This document shows, piece after piece, positions 50,060 to 59,165 of a DNA stretch of 64,000 bases. Numbering within the stretch: the first letter of the stretch is position 1; every line of letters starts with the position of its first letter. This DNA is from Planctomycetales bacterium (lineage in GTDB: Bacteria > 4484-113), in the NCBI GenBank assembly GCA_037441675.1, contig JBBIRS010000002.1:231249-295248 (forward strand), read 5' to 3'. A program made the position numbers and the translations under genes. The notes under the pieces were generated by a model. That model had not been told where the DNA came from, made no database searches, and saw nothing but the letters and a program-made list of their open reading frames with translations.

Positions 50060-50803
50060 TCAAACCTTGGGGCAGACTGCATCTAGTGGGCACTCCATTC
50101 AGTTAGGCATTCTCGGGTGTCAAAATTCACGCCCAATCCGCCAAGCGGGTCGGTCTAGTGCCCGGAGTATTCAGGATAAAATATCCGTGCTGCCAAAATT
50201 GCAGTCAGCGCATCCTCAGCAGGTGCAAAGCCACTTCTATAAAAAACCCTTTGCAATGAACGTCAGGTTTAACATCGATCTATCCAATTTGTCTTCCGGG
50301 AGACGGAGTTTCCCGTCACTAATGAGGATGTTAACCACCATATCTGCAATGCCTTTCCCAACGCCGTAAATGCTCGTGAGCCTAGACACAATTTCCGCTA
50401 CCCTTGTCGAATTCCAGAATCCAATGGCGTCCCCGTCGTAGTTTTCATCACAATTCTCGCACAATCCAGAATTGTTCGTGCCGCCTGCTTCGGAAATCGT
50501 GGTCGTTTAGGCAAGGATCGCAGGGTAAGCCATATCTTCAACCGACATAAGCGCAATCTTAGCAGGCTCAAGATGCCCAAGCTTTTATCTCAACCAATAA
50601 GGGATGCACCAATAATTCTCCGCGATGGCTCCTCTATCAATGCACGCAGCAAGTAGAAAAGCGAACGGGTTCTTTGAGTTGAGGTCGTTGGTTTCGTAGT
50701 TCTCAGTGATGGTGGAAGTGTTGAGCGGGTGATTCCTACGGTACTCTAAGAGTACTGCAACAACAAGTTCATTTACAGATGCTGGTTTCCCATCACCGCT
50801 CAA
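50060..50803 (-). pseudogene. HhH-GPD/endonuclease III-like DNA glycosylase with Fe-S loop, heavily disrupted
   Basis: Fragments in alternating frames: NPFAFLLAACIDRG, LGHLEP, PRFP, NYDGDA..W, LTSIYGVGKGIA (HhH), IDVKPDVH, VFYRSG, LDRPAWRIGREF*HPRMPN*MECPLDAVCPK. At least 4 frameshifts and 3 internal stops. Confidence 0.8.
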
Positions 50804-50850
50804 CAGAGTATATCGCGAAGGATGACACGGCGAGACGCGGAGAGTTTGTC

Positions 50851-51489
50851 TTAAGTTGAAACCATCTTCAACGCATCAAGGCTGGTGATGAACTTCGCGC
50901 CCTTTTCACGCCAATTATCTAATATCTCTGCTTCTTTTTCGGGATAGACGGGCTTAATTGCGTCTGTGATGACATAAGTTATGATCTCGCGCTCAAGAAG
51001 TCCAAGAACCGAAGCATTCACGCAAAAGTCCGTTGCCACGCCGAAGACGATTGCCTTGCTGAAGCCCTCCGCCTTCAGCTTTTCAAGAAATGCTTCAAGG
51101 TTGACATTGCCAAAGAAGGAGTAAGTTTGCTTTTCAAAGATAATCTGGGGCGCGAGCTCGTCAAGGGGCTTATCTTGCCAATTAGCACCTAGCGCCTTTT
51201 CAAGCCCACCCTCCACATTCTCCACAAAAGTAAGACCACGCATCATCGTTTCGTCAATCTTTAACTGCCCAGGCTCGCCCTTCACGCAATGCGGTGGAAA
51301 AACTTCAAACTCAGGGTCGTCTTTGGTATGCGCGTCCACCGAGCCAATGACGGGAACATTACCTGCCTTTATTGTGTTGTAGAGCTTTTCATACACAGGG
51401 ATAAGGGATGCAGAGTCCGGTACATAAAGGGCACCTTGGGGATTTAGGAAGTCAAACTGAGTGTCAATATCTACAAAAAATGTTCGCAT
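50851..51489 (-). CDS. pncA: Nicotinamidase/isochorismatase family cysteine hydrolase
   Basis: VDIDTQFDF..P.GALYV, DAH, PPHCV, FEK, GVATDFCV. Confidence 0.88.
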   Translation of the reverse strand: MRTFFVDIDTQFDFLNPQGALYVPDSASLIPVYEKLYNTIKAGNVPVIGSVDAHTKDDPEFEVFPPHCVKGEPGQLKIDETMMRGLTFVENVEGGLEKALGANWQDKPLDELAPQIIFEKQTYSFFGNVNLEAFLEKLKAEGFSKAIVFGVATDFCVNASVLGLLEREIITYVITDAIKPVYPEKEAEILDNWREKGAKFITSLDALKMVST

Positions 51490-51690
51490 AATTCACCTTT
51501 AATTCCAAAATTATATACCTCTGAAAGTAAGAATTATGGTTTGTGGAATAAACATAAAACAAGTTAGCTGAATTACAGAAGATTCCTCAAGATTTCACCT
51601 TACCCGATATTCCTAATTTGTTAATGAAACGTTGGCAATGCTGTTTAATAATTAGAATATTGCTTGCTAGTATGTTAGACTTAGAAGGAC

Positions 51691-53130
51691 ATGTTAAACA
51701 CTCGTAGTAATTCTCGGAGCTTGTCTGCAACAATTGCGGAAAAGCTTACTCCTAGGGAGATAGTTGCGGAATTGGATAAATACATTGTGGGCCAGGACAA
51801 GGCGAAACGCGCAGTCGCTATCGCAATCCGCTCAAGATTTAGACGTTCAAAGGTCGGTGAGCATCTGAGAGACGAGATAATTCCAAAGAACATTTTGATG
51901 ATTGGGCCAACTGGTGTCGGCAAGACAGAGGTAGCAAGACGACTTGCCAAACTTATAAAGGCTCCATTTATCAAAGTTGAGGCTAGTAAATTTACCGAAG
52001 TTGGCTACGTTGGGCGAGACGTTGATTCTATCGTGCGTGATTTAGCGGAGATAGCCGTCAGGACGGTGCGGAATGAAAAGATGGAAGAGCTTTCAGTTAA
52101 TCTTATCGACAGCTCAATTTGGAGAATAGTAGATACTCTTCAACCAAAACCTTCAGGGCGACGTAGGTATCAAGAAACTTTAATTGAAACCTTTAACAAT
52201 TCTTCTGCTGCTGAAGGCACAGACTACGTGGAACAAATGGAACAGCTTAACCGAGTTCGCGAGAAACTTTTTGAAAGGATAAAAAGCGGAGCTATGGATA
52301 GTGAAAAGATTAAAGTTCAGGTGCCTGAATCTCATCCTCGCTTTATGCAGGTCTTTACATCTCAAGGCTTAGAAGAGTTAGGAATGAATCTTCAAGAGAT
52401 GTTTTCTGATATGGGAGCAATTAGACGGGTTGAACGAGAAGTTACCATTGAAGAGGCTAAAAGAATTTTCTTAGAGGAAGAAGTCAATAAAGAAATAGAC
52501 CAAGATAAAGTTATCTGGGAAGCAATTGAGCGGGTGGAGCAGGCTGGTATAGCCTTTATTGATGAGATTGATAAGATTGCGGGTAGTGAAAAGGCATCGG
52601 CTGGTCCAGATGTCTCTCGGGAAGGAGTTCAGAGAGATTTGCTTCCACTTGTTGAAGGAACAACAGTGATCACTAAGTATGGTCCAGTTAGAACAAACCA
52701 CATTTTGTTCATTGCGGCAGGCGCCTTCAACGTTAGTAAACCGAGCGACCTAATTCCAGAGTTTCAAGGAAGGTTCCCAATCCGTGTTGAATTTGAAAGC
52801 TTGACGAGGGAAGATTTTGAACGAATTCTCACGGAGCCTGAAAACTCGCTTACCAAACAGTACACTGAACTCCTAAGGGTGGACGGTGTAAACTTGATAT
52901 TTACACCAGATGGGATAAAAGCGATGGCTGAACTTGCGGAGAAGGCAAATAGCCTAATGGAAAATATTGGCGCTAGAAGGCTTTATACGATTATGGAAAA
53001 AACACTAGAAGAGGTTAGCTTCCTTGCACCTATGGATGCGCCGATTGAAGTAATCGTAGATCGTCCCTACGTTGAAAGGCAAGTTGGAGAAATTCTAGCT
53101 GAAAAAGAACTCGCAGAGTATATACTTTAG
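51691..53130 (+). CDS. hslU: ATP-dependent protease ATPase subunit HslU
   Basis: LTPREIVAELDKYIVGQ, GPTGVGKTE, GYVG, IDEIDK, GVQRDLLP, ENIGARRL, C-terminal YIL. Confidence 0.97.
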   Translation: MLNTRSNSRSLSATIAEKLTPREIVAELDKYIVGQDKAKRAVAIAIRSRFRRSKVGEHLRDEIIPKNILMIGPTGVGKTEVARRLAKLIKAPFIKVEASKFTEVGYVGRDVDSIVRDLAEIAVRTVRNEKMEELSVNLIDSSIWRIVDTLQPKPSGRRRYQETLIETFNNSSAAEGTDYVEQMEQLNRVREKLFERIKSGAMDSEKIKVQVPESHPRFMQVFTSQGLEELGMNLQEMFSDMGAIRRVEREVTIEEAKRIFLEEEVNKEIDQDKVIWEAIERVEQAGIAFIDEIDKIAGSEKASAGPDVSREGVQRDLLPLVEGTTVITKYGPVRTNHILFIAAGAFNVSKPSDLIPEFQGRFPIRVEFESLTREDFERILTEPENSLTKQYTELLRVDGVNLIFTPDGIKAMAELAEKANSLMENIGARRLYTIMEKTLEEVSFLAPMDAPIEVIVDRPYVERQVGEILAEKELAEYIL

Positions 53131-53386
53131 GAATTTATCGGCGAGGTGTTCAAGGCTCATAATTAGAATCGCCCTAAGCGCTAGTTAAAAGGAAAGACTT
53201 TTGTGGAAAACGTACTAACTGCCTAGTCCTACTTGAATACGCTAGATTTCTCAGTGAAAATGCTACCATTTATCTTAACTTATGTTGGAGAGGAGTATAA
53301 ATTCTGCTTTCATCAGAGAAAGCCAGAGAAGTAATAGGTAGTTGATAGATGAAATGGTTAATTCGTTACGCAAGGTTATCATGGTA

Positions 53387-54340
53387 TTAGGAGGGCTGTA
53401 GGATAGTTTCAAAGAAGTTTCGCAATGAGGTTAGGTAAACATCTCCACCAACGATGAAAACATCATTATGGGAAGCACCCTCTATCGCTACTATTTCCTT
53501 AGGTTCATCTGCAGACTTGTAAAGTTGGACACTGTGGCTTGGGGGAATGGTGGTATCTTTTGTGCCATAGATGATAAGAACGGGGCAGTGGATTTGGGAG
53601 ATCTTACCAATGTTATTGAACTGCGATTTCAAATACAAGCTAGGTGGAAGAATTGGAAGAGTGCGAAGGGCAATGCTCCTGGCATTCTTCATTGTGGCTT
53701 CAAGGATTAAGCCACCAACGGTAAATTTTGATGCAACCTCACAAGCAACTGCACCACCAAGGGATTCGCCCATTACGATTACTCTGTTTTCAGGAACTCC
53801 GCGAATACCGGTAAGATACCTATATGCGCAATATCCGTCCTTATATATACCATCCTCATTCGGTCTACCTTCACTTTTACCGTATCCGCGATAATCAATG
53901 ATGAAAACGTCAACACCGAGCTCTGACAGTAGTTTCAGCTTCTCAATTCTATCTGTGATATTTCCACCATTACCATGAAAGAGGAGAATTACCGCGAGAC
54001 TATCCTCTAGGTTTGAAGTAGAGTTTTTTCCTAAATCATCCCTTATGTTTTGGCTTGAATGTGACTTTCCGCTTTTATGGTTGTTATTTGCGTTTCTCAA
54101 TTCTTGGTTTTCAACTCTACCAGAATCTCTAGCATGCCTTTTTACGTACCATCCGTGAATTTTTATCCCATCCTCAGTTGTGAGAAATATGTCTTCAACA
54201 TTCAAGGAATATTTTGATGGCTCCCGGCGACCTAAGGGATATTTTGTTGGAAAGTAGATAAAGGAGTTTTCAAGTAAGCGAGCTCCAATAAGTAGAAGAA
54301 TATAAAGAGTTACAAGACAAATAACTGCGCTAATCAACAT
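53387..54340 (-). CDS. Membrane-anchored alpha/beta hydrolase
   Basis: N-terminal TM, FHGNGGN, DYRGYGKS, GESLGG nucleophile, D (GTKD), H (SHND). Confidence 0.9.
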   Translation of the reverse strand: MLISAVICLVTLYILLLIGARLLENSFIYFPTKYPLGRREPSKYSLNVEDIFLTTEDGIKIHGWYVKRHARDSGRVENQELRNANNNHKSGKSHSSQNIRDDLGKNSTSNLEDSLAVILLFHGNGGNITDRIEKLKLLSELGVDVFIIDYRGYGKSEGRPNEDGIYKDGYCAYRYLTGIRGVPENRVIVMGESLGGAVACEVASKFTVGGLILEATMKNARSIALRTLPILPPSLYLKSQFNNIGKISQIHCPVLIIYGTKDTTIPPSHSVQLYKSADEPKEIVAIEGASHNDVFIVGGDVYLTSLRNFFETILQPS

Positions 54341-54562
54341 TCTTCCGATAGTATGGATTATAAACCTGCGACTATAAACTAATAGGAAACCTTATCAATT
54401 CTCTCGTAAAATTCATACTTACGTAGCAAGAGCATTGAAATAAAGAAAACGAAGGCTTAGAGGATAACTAAACGCTGAGCGGTGGCAAAAGGCAAAGGCT
54501 TGACTTTAAATGTAGAAGATTGTTAGGGAAGCTAAGCAAATGAGATAAAAAAGCCATAGGAG

Positions 54563-55456
54563 CTATTTCAAGTCTCCGCAAGCGTTAAAGATATCCTTGC
54601 ATCCCTTTGCAAGGCACAGTTTAACATGGAAAAGGGCTCTGTAAATTTCGTCATCTCCAAGAAGCTTTAAAATCCTATTCGGTTTCTCACCCTTTAAGTT
54701 AAGCTCCTCAAGTGTAACCGCAACTTTATTTTGTGCCTCCTCGCAGGTAACAGTCTCGGAAATATGGCTAACCGTCCAATCTCCTTCGTCCAATATGAGG
54801 TCGCTAAAAACATTGGGAGCGTGTTTCTTAATTTCTTTAAGTATCATTCCACAGATGCGCCTGATTTCCCACTGCGCTGATTTAGAGCATCTAAGCTTGA
54901 GAACGTGTCGCCACTCCCGAAAATTTCCCGAAATCACGATACCACTTTCTACAGCATTCGGCAGGACGAAGCGAGCATCCTCGTTTTTAAGCTTCAGTTC
55001 CTTCAGCTTACCGTATGCTCTTCTAGCCTGTTCAATCGCCTCTTGATAAACTTTCAGCGCCTCCTTGTGTTTACCAATCTTTGGTGGAAGTATTGCTCGA
55101 AATTCCGCTTCATTTACGAACCTTTGGCTCTGTTGAGAGAAGGACAATAGCCTATGTCTAACTTGCTCGTGGGTATAAGCCCTGCTTCCGCCGAGTACCC
55201 TAAAAGTGGCTGAAGCGTGCTCAAGAACGCTCTCGTGTCCTCTCAAAATTATTCCGCGAAGAAACCGTGCATTCTCCGCTGGTTCCATCTTCGCATGGCT
55301 TTGATAACATTCCCGCGCGCTCCTTTCAATATGTTCCTCAACCGTTCTAGCTTCACCGTCTATTGGCATTGTTATTCCAAGAAGAGTAACTTCTGGCTCA
55401 GTAATAAATTCTGTTAGGTTCTCCATCAATTTATCCAATGTGTTTACAGTCTCCAT
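54563..55456 (-). CDS. thyX: FAD-dependent thymidylate synthase with C-terminal extension
   Basis: GHESVLEH, RHRLLSFSQQS (RHRx7S), ARFVLP, AQWEIR. Confidence 0.95.
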   Translation of the reverse strand: METVNTLDKLMENLTEFITEPEVTLLGITMPIDGEARTVEEHIERSARECYQSHAKMEPAENARFLRGIILRGHESVLEHASATFRVLGGSRAYTHEQVRHRLLSFSQQSQRFVNEAEFRAILPPKIGKHKEALKVYQEAIEQARRAYGKLKELKLKNEDARFVLPNAVESGIVISGNFREWRHVLKLRCSKSAQWEIRRICGMILKEIKKHAPNVFSDLILDEGDWTVSHISETVTCEEAQNKVAVTLEELNLKGEKPNRILKLLGDDEIYRALFHVKLCLAKGCKDIFNACGDLK

Positions 55457-55631
55457 TTGGATTCAAAAATAGATTAGCACTTTTAAGAGTTTATGCATAA
55501 ATTTTCAGGGTTAACTATATGAGATTATATTTCAATTTATTTAATTTTTCTCAACAACGCGATTTTCGCGATTTTCCCCTTTCTCAGAAAGGTGAAATGG
55601 CTTAGGATTGTTAAGAAGTATAATCTTAGTG

Positions 55632-56840
55632 ATGAACCTATTAAACAAAGCAGTTATTTTAACCCTTATAACACTTAGCATTATTACAGCATCCTGTAAA
55701 CCTAGGGTAAAACCTGAGGATGGTAAAGGTGAGGCAAAAAAGACGGAAGCTGTTTCAACGACGCCAGCGCCTCATGTTGCCCAAGTGATTTTTCTGCCAC
55801 CACCAAAGAACGAATTATACCCAGAGCGGGAGCAACTTGCGGAAGCTTTTCGCAAATCTGCTGAAAGTACTTTTAACCAGGCGGGATGGCTATTTACGGA
55901 GCTAGATCTCTCCAAGATACTATTTACTAAGTGGGGAGAAGAAATAGCTAATGCGGTTGTGAAAAGAAAAGTTTTAGTTTTCACCTTTGGAGATGCTTAC
56001 GTTCCCTTTCTAAAAGAGCTCGCATGGGATAAGAGATTTAATCTAACAGTAGTAGTTGCCCTCACTTCACCTCTTGCCAAAACTTCTCCTAGAGTTGTTG
56101 AATTAAGCTTTAATGCTGAAGAAATCGGCTTCTTAGCTGGTATAATGGCTTCCCAGCTGACAGTTACTGGAAATGTAGCAGTTTTTGCCTTTAGCGATGA
56201 CTACTACAGCGATTTGATGGTGGCTGGGTTATCACAAGGCTTGTTGTTGGAGCGACGTGGGGCACACGTAAGAGATTTAAGAATATCCCGCCAGGATGCC
56301 GCTTCTCCTCAAAACAGTAAGAAGTTGGCATCACTTTTTGAGAATGCAAACAAGGGACTAGACCCTCGCTTCGGGATAGATGTTGTTGTTTCGTTCTTAG
56401 GCGCTCTAGGGGAGGAATTTATGCGTTCCCTTGCTGAAGGGGGAACGCCAGTCATTTCAAGTTTGGTTTACAGAGAGGAAAAGTCAAGAAAGGCTTTCGT
56501 AACATCGCTTCTTTACGATTTTTCATCTCTCCCAGCGTTCCTTGTCAAAAATGAACAGAAGCTACAGTTATTCAGAAATTACCCTTTAATTAAGGATGCT
56601 CAAATACCATCAAAAGGACAGACAACTGCCTCGCAGGTGGATTCGCAAGAACAAGAATACCCTAGTGGTCCAAGGGTATACCAAGTGGGGTTGAAGGATG
56701 GATTGATCACAACCTCTGGGTTTAGAGATTATCAGCGATTCCATTCTTTGCCAATTGACTTTCTAGAAACCCTGGACTATTACACTAAAGCCATTATAGC
56801 CGGCGAGATTAAGATTAAGAAGGAGCTCCCTGAGGATTAA
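55632..56840 (+). CDS. Lipoprotein, BMP/substrate-binding-protein-like
   Basis: Lipobox TASC; FNAEEIGFLAGIMASQLTVTGNVAV is BMP-like; ATG 55632 is 7 nt after TATAAT. Confidence 0.7.
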   Translation: MNLLNKAVILTLITLSIITASCKPRVKPEDGKGEAKKTEAVSTTPAPHVAQVIFLPPPKNELYPEREQLAEAFRKSAESTFNQAGWLFTELDLSKILFTKWGEEIANAVVKRKVLVFTFGDAYVPFLKELAWDKRFNLTVVVALTSPLAKTSPRVVELSFNAEEIGFLAGIMASQLTVTGNVAVFAFSDDYYSDLMVAGLSQGLLLERRGAHVRDLRISRQDAASPQNSKKLASLFENANKGLDPRFGIDVVVSFLGALGEEFMRSLAEGGTPVISSLVYREEKSRKAFVTSLLYDFSSLPAFLVKNEQKLQLFRNYPLIKDAQIPSKGQTTASQVDSQEQEYPSGPRVYQVGLKDGLITTSGFRDYQRFHSLPIDFLETLDYYTKAIIAGEIKIKKELPED

Positions 56841-57009
56841 ATTTAAGAATCGCAAACTTTGCAATCATTGGCTCTCATTAATGCTTTAGAGGTTCAGTAA
56901 CTCAAAGATTAATTGCTGGAATAGTCAACTAATTGATATAATCAAAGCTACATGAATATTCATTAAACTCTCTTATGCTCACTATCTTTAGTATCTCCCG
57001 GAGGAAGTA

Positions 57010-59091
57010 ATGGCAATTGAAGTATTTAAGAAGTTCAACGTTGCATTGATAGGTCATGGTGGAAGTGGAAAAACAACCTTTTCAGAGGCAGTTTTATACG
57101 CGCTTGGCTTGACGACACGGATGGGAAGAGTTGAGGATGGAAATACTGTTTCAGATTATACTCCCGAAGAAATTAAACGTCACCATAGTATTGCAACAAC
57201 AGTTCTACCTATTAGCTATCAAGGGTGCCACGTGAATATTTTAGATGTTCCAGGCTACCTTGATTTTGTGGGTGAAATGGTTAGCTCGCTTTCCGTGGTA
57301 GAGGGAACTTTCATTTTTGTAAATGCCTCAGCGGGTATTGAATCCCAAACCTACCGAGCCTGGACCTATTCCAGGGAAAGAGCTCTACCAAGCGGTTTCA
57401 TCATAAGCCAAATGGACAAGGAGAATACTGATTTTGTCAAGCTCGTCAACTCAATAAAGGATAGCTTTGGGAATAAGTGCGTTCCAATCTTTGCACCATA
57501 CTACAGCGGTGGAAAGCTGACTGGTTTGATAGATTTGATTAGCAAACAAGGCATTTCACGAGAATCTGGTAAATCAACCTCATTTGAAGTTCCGACCAAC
57601 ATATTAGAGAGTGTTGAACAGCTACGATTCAATTTAATTGAAGCGATTGTGGAACAGGATGATACTCTTTTTGAGAAGTATTTGGCTGAGGAAGAAATTC
57701 CCGAAGAGGGGCTGAGAAAAGCTCTCAGGAAAGGGGTATGCTCCTGTGAGATTTTCCCGATTTTCTGCATAAGCGCATTGAATTTCATAGGCATAGAACC
57801 CACCATTGATGCTATTGTAAATTACTTTCCGTCAGCTGACGAGCGAGGCAACATTACTGGAGTAGACCCAAACACAAAGAAACCTGCGGAGCGTCCACTC
57901 ATACCTGAAGCACCCTTTTGCGGTCGCGTTTTCAAGATTGTTAACGAACCACATGTAGGGGAGCTAAGCTATATTCGTATCTATTCGGGAAAATTAAGAC
58001 CTGGAGAAACGCTATATAATTCAACCACCCAAGAAACTGAAAAAATATCAGCTATTGCCCATATGCGAGGTAAGGAACGAAAAGATTTGACTGAGGCGAG
58101 TGCAGGCGACATAATCGCAACTGTCAAACTTAAGAACACGCATGTAGGTGATACTTTATGCGCTAAGGAACTTCCAATTTTATTGGACAGAATAATCTAT
58201 CCAAGACCTGTATCATTTGAGGCTATTGAGGTAGAAGATAAGAGTGTCCTTGAAAAGGTATCGACCGCACTGAATAAAGTTCATGAGGAGGACCCAACTC
58301 TATTAGTAGAGATGAACGAAGAAACGAGACAGTTAGTTGTTTATGGGATGGGAGAGCTTCACTTGCAAGTAGTTAGAGACAAAATTGCTGAGCGATATGG
58401 AGCAAAGATTGAATGGACTAAACCTAGAATACCCTACAAAGAAACTATAACTGGGACAGCGCAGGCTCAGGGGAAATATAAGAAACAGACTGGCGGGCGA
58501 GGACAGTATGGAGATGTATGGCTAAGGCTTGAGCCTTACTCCGAAGGGAACTTCAATTTCATAGACAAAGTGGTTGGTGGAGTTGTCCCAAGTAGGTTTA
58601 TTCCAGCAGTGGAAAAGGGCGTTTTGGAAACTATGGCAAATGGTGTTCTTGCTGGTTACCCTGTTACCGGTGTGCAAGTAACCCTTTATGATGGAAGCCA
58701 TCATAGTGTAGATTCAAGCGAGCTTGCCTTTAAGATTGCTGCTTCAATGGGCTTTAAGAAAGCGTTCAACGAAGCTAAACCCATTCTCCTAGAACCGATA
58801 TACCAACTTAAAATCTATATTCCCGAACAATTTGTGGGTGATGTTATGGGTGATCTAAATAGTAGGCGTGGTAGGGTTCAAAAGAGTAGTCCGTTGGGAA
58901 CAGCAAATATGCAAGTTATTGAGGCTTTAGTTCCCCTAGCAGAAGTCTATAAGTACATTAACACACTGAGGTCAATTACGCAGGGGTTAGGAAGCTACGA
59001 GATGGAGTTTAGCCACTATGAGGAAGTACCACCTCAAATTGCCAAGAGCATTATTGCAGGCGCAAAAAGAGAATACGAAATAGAAGAATGA
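57010..59091 (+). CDS. fusA: Elongation factor G paralogue (EF-G2-like)
   Basis: Full five-domain EF-G (KQTGGRGQYG, DGSHHSVDSSELAF, LLEP) with variant GHGGSGKTT, DVPGY and SQMD motifs; not in an rpsL-rpsG operon. Confidence 0.92.
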   Translation: MAIEVFKKFNVALIGHGGSGKTTFSEAVLYALGLTTRMGRVEDGNTVSDYTPEEIKRHHSIATTVLPISYQGCHVNILDVPGYLDFVGEMVSSLSVVEGTFIFVNASAGIESQTYRAWTYSRERALPSGFIISQMDKENTDFVKLVNSIKDSFGNKCVPIFAPYYSGGKLTGLIDLISKQGISRESGKSTSFEVPTNILESVEQLRFNLIEAIVEQDDTLFEKYLAEEEIPEEGLRKALRKGVCSCEIFPIFCISALNFIGIEPTIDAIVNYFPSADERGNITGVDPNTKKPAERPLIPEAPFCGRVFKIVNEPHVGELSYIRIYSGKLRPGETLYNSTTQETEKISAIAHMRGKERKDLTEASAGDIIATVKLKNTHVGDTLCAKELPILLDRIIYPRPVSFEAIEVEDKSVLEKVSTALNKVHEEDPTLLVEMNEETRQLVVYGMGELHLQVVRDKIAERYGAKIEWTKPRIPYKETITGTAQAQGKYKKQTGGRGQYGDVWLRLEPYSEGNFNFIDKVVGGVVPSRFIPAVEKGVLETMANGVLAGYPVTGVQVTLYDGSHHSVDSSELAFKIAASMGFKKAFNEAKPILLEPIYQLKIYIPEQFVGDVMGDLNSRRGRVQKSSPLGTANMQVIEALVPLAEVYKYINTLRSITQGLGSYEMEFSHYEEVPPQIAKSIIAGAKREYEIEE

Positions 59092-59165
59092 GTAAGCCTA
59101 AGCTCACTCATGCAAACTTAATGCAATTATTACAATAGCAGGTTGACCAGGACATTAGGCAACAT

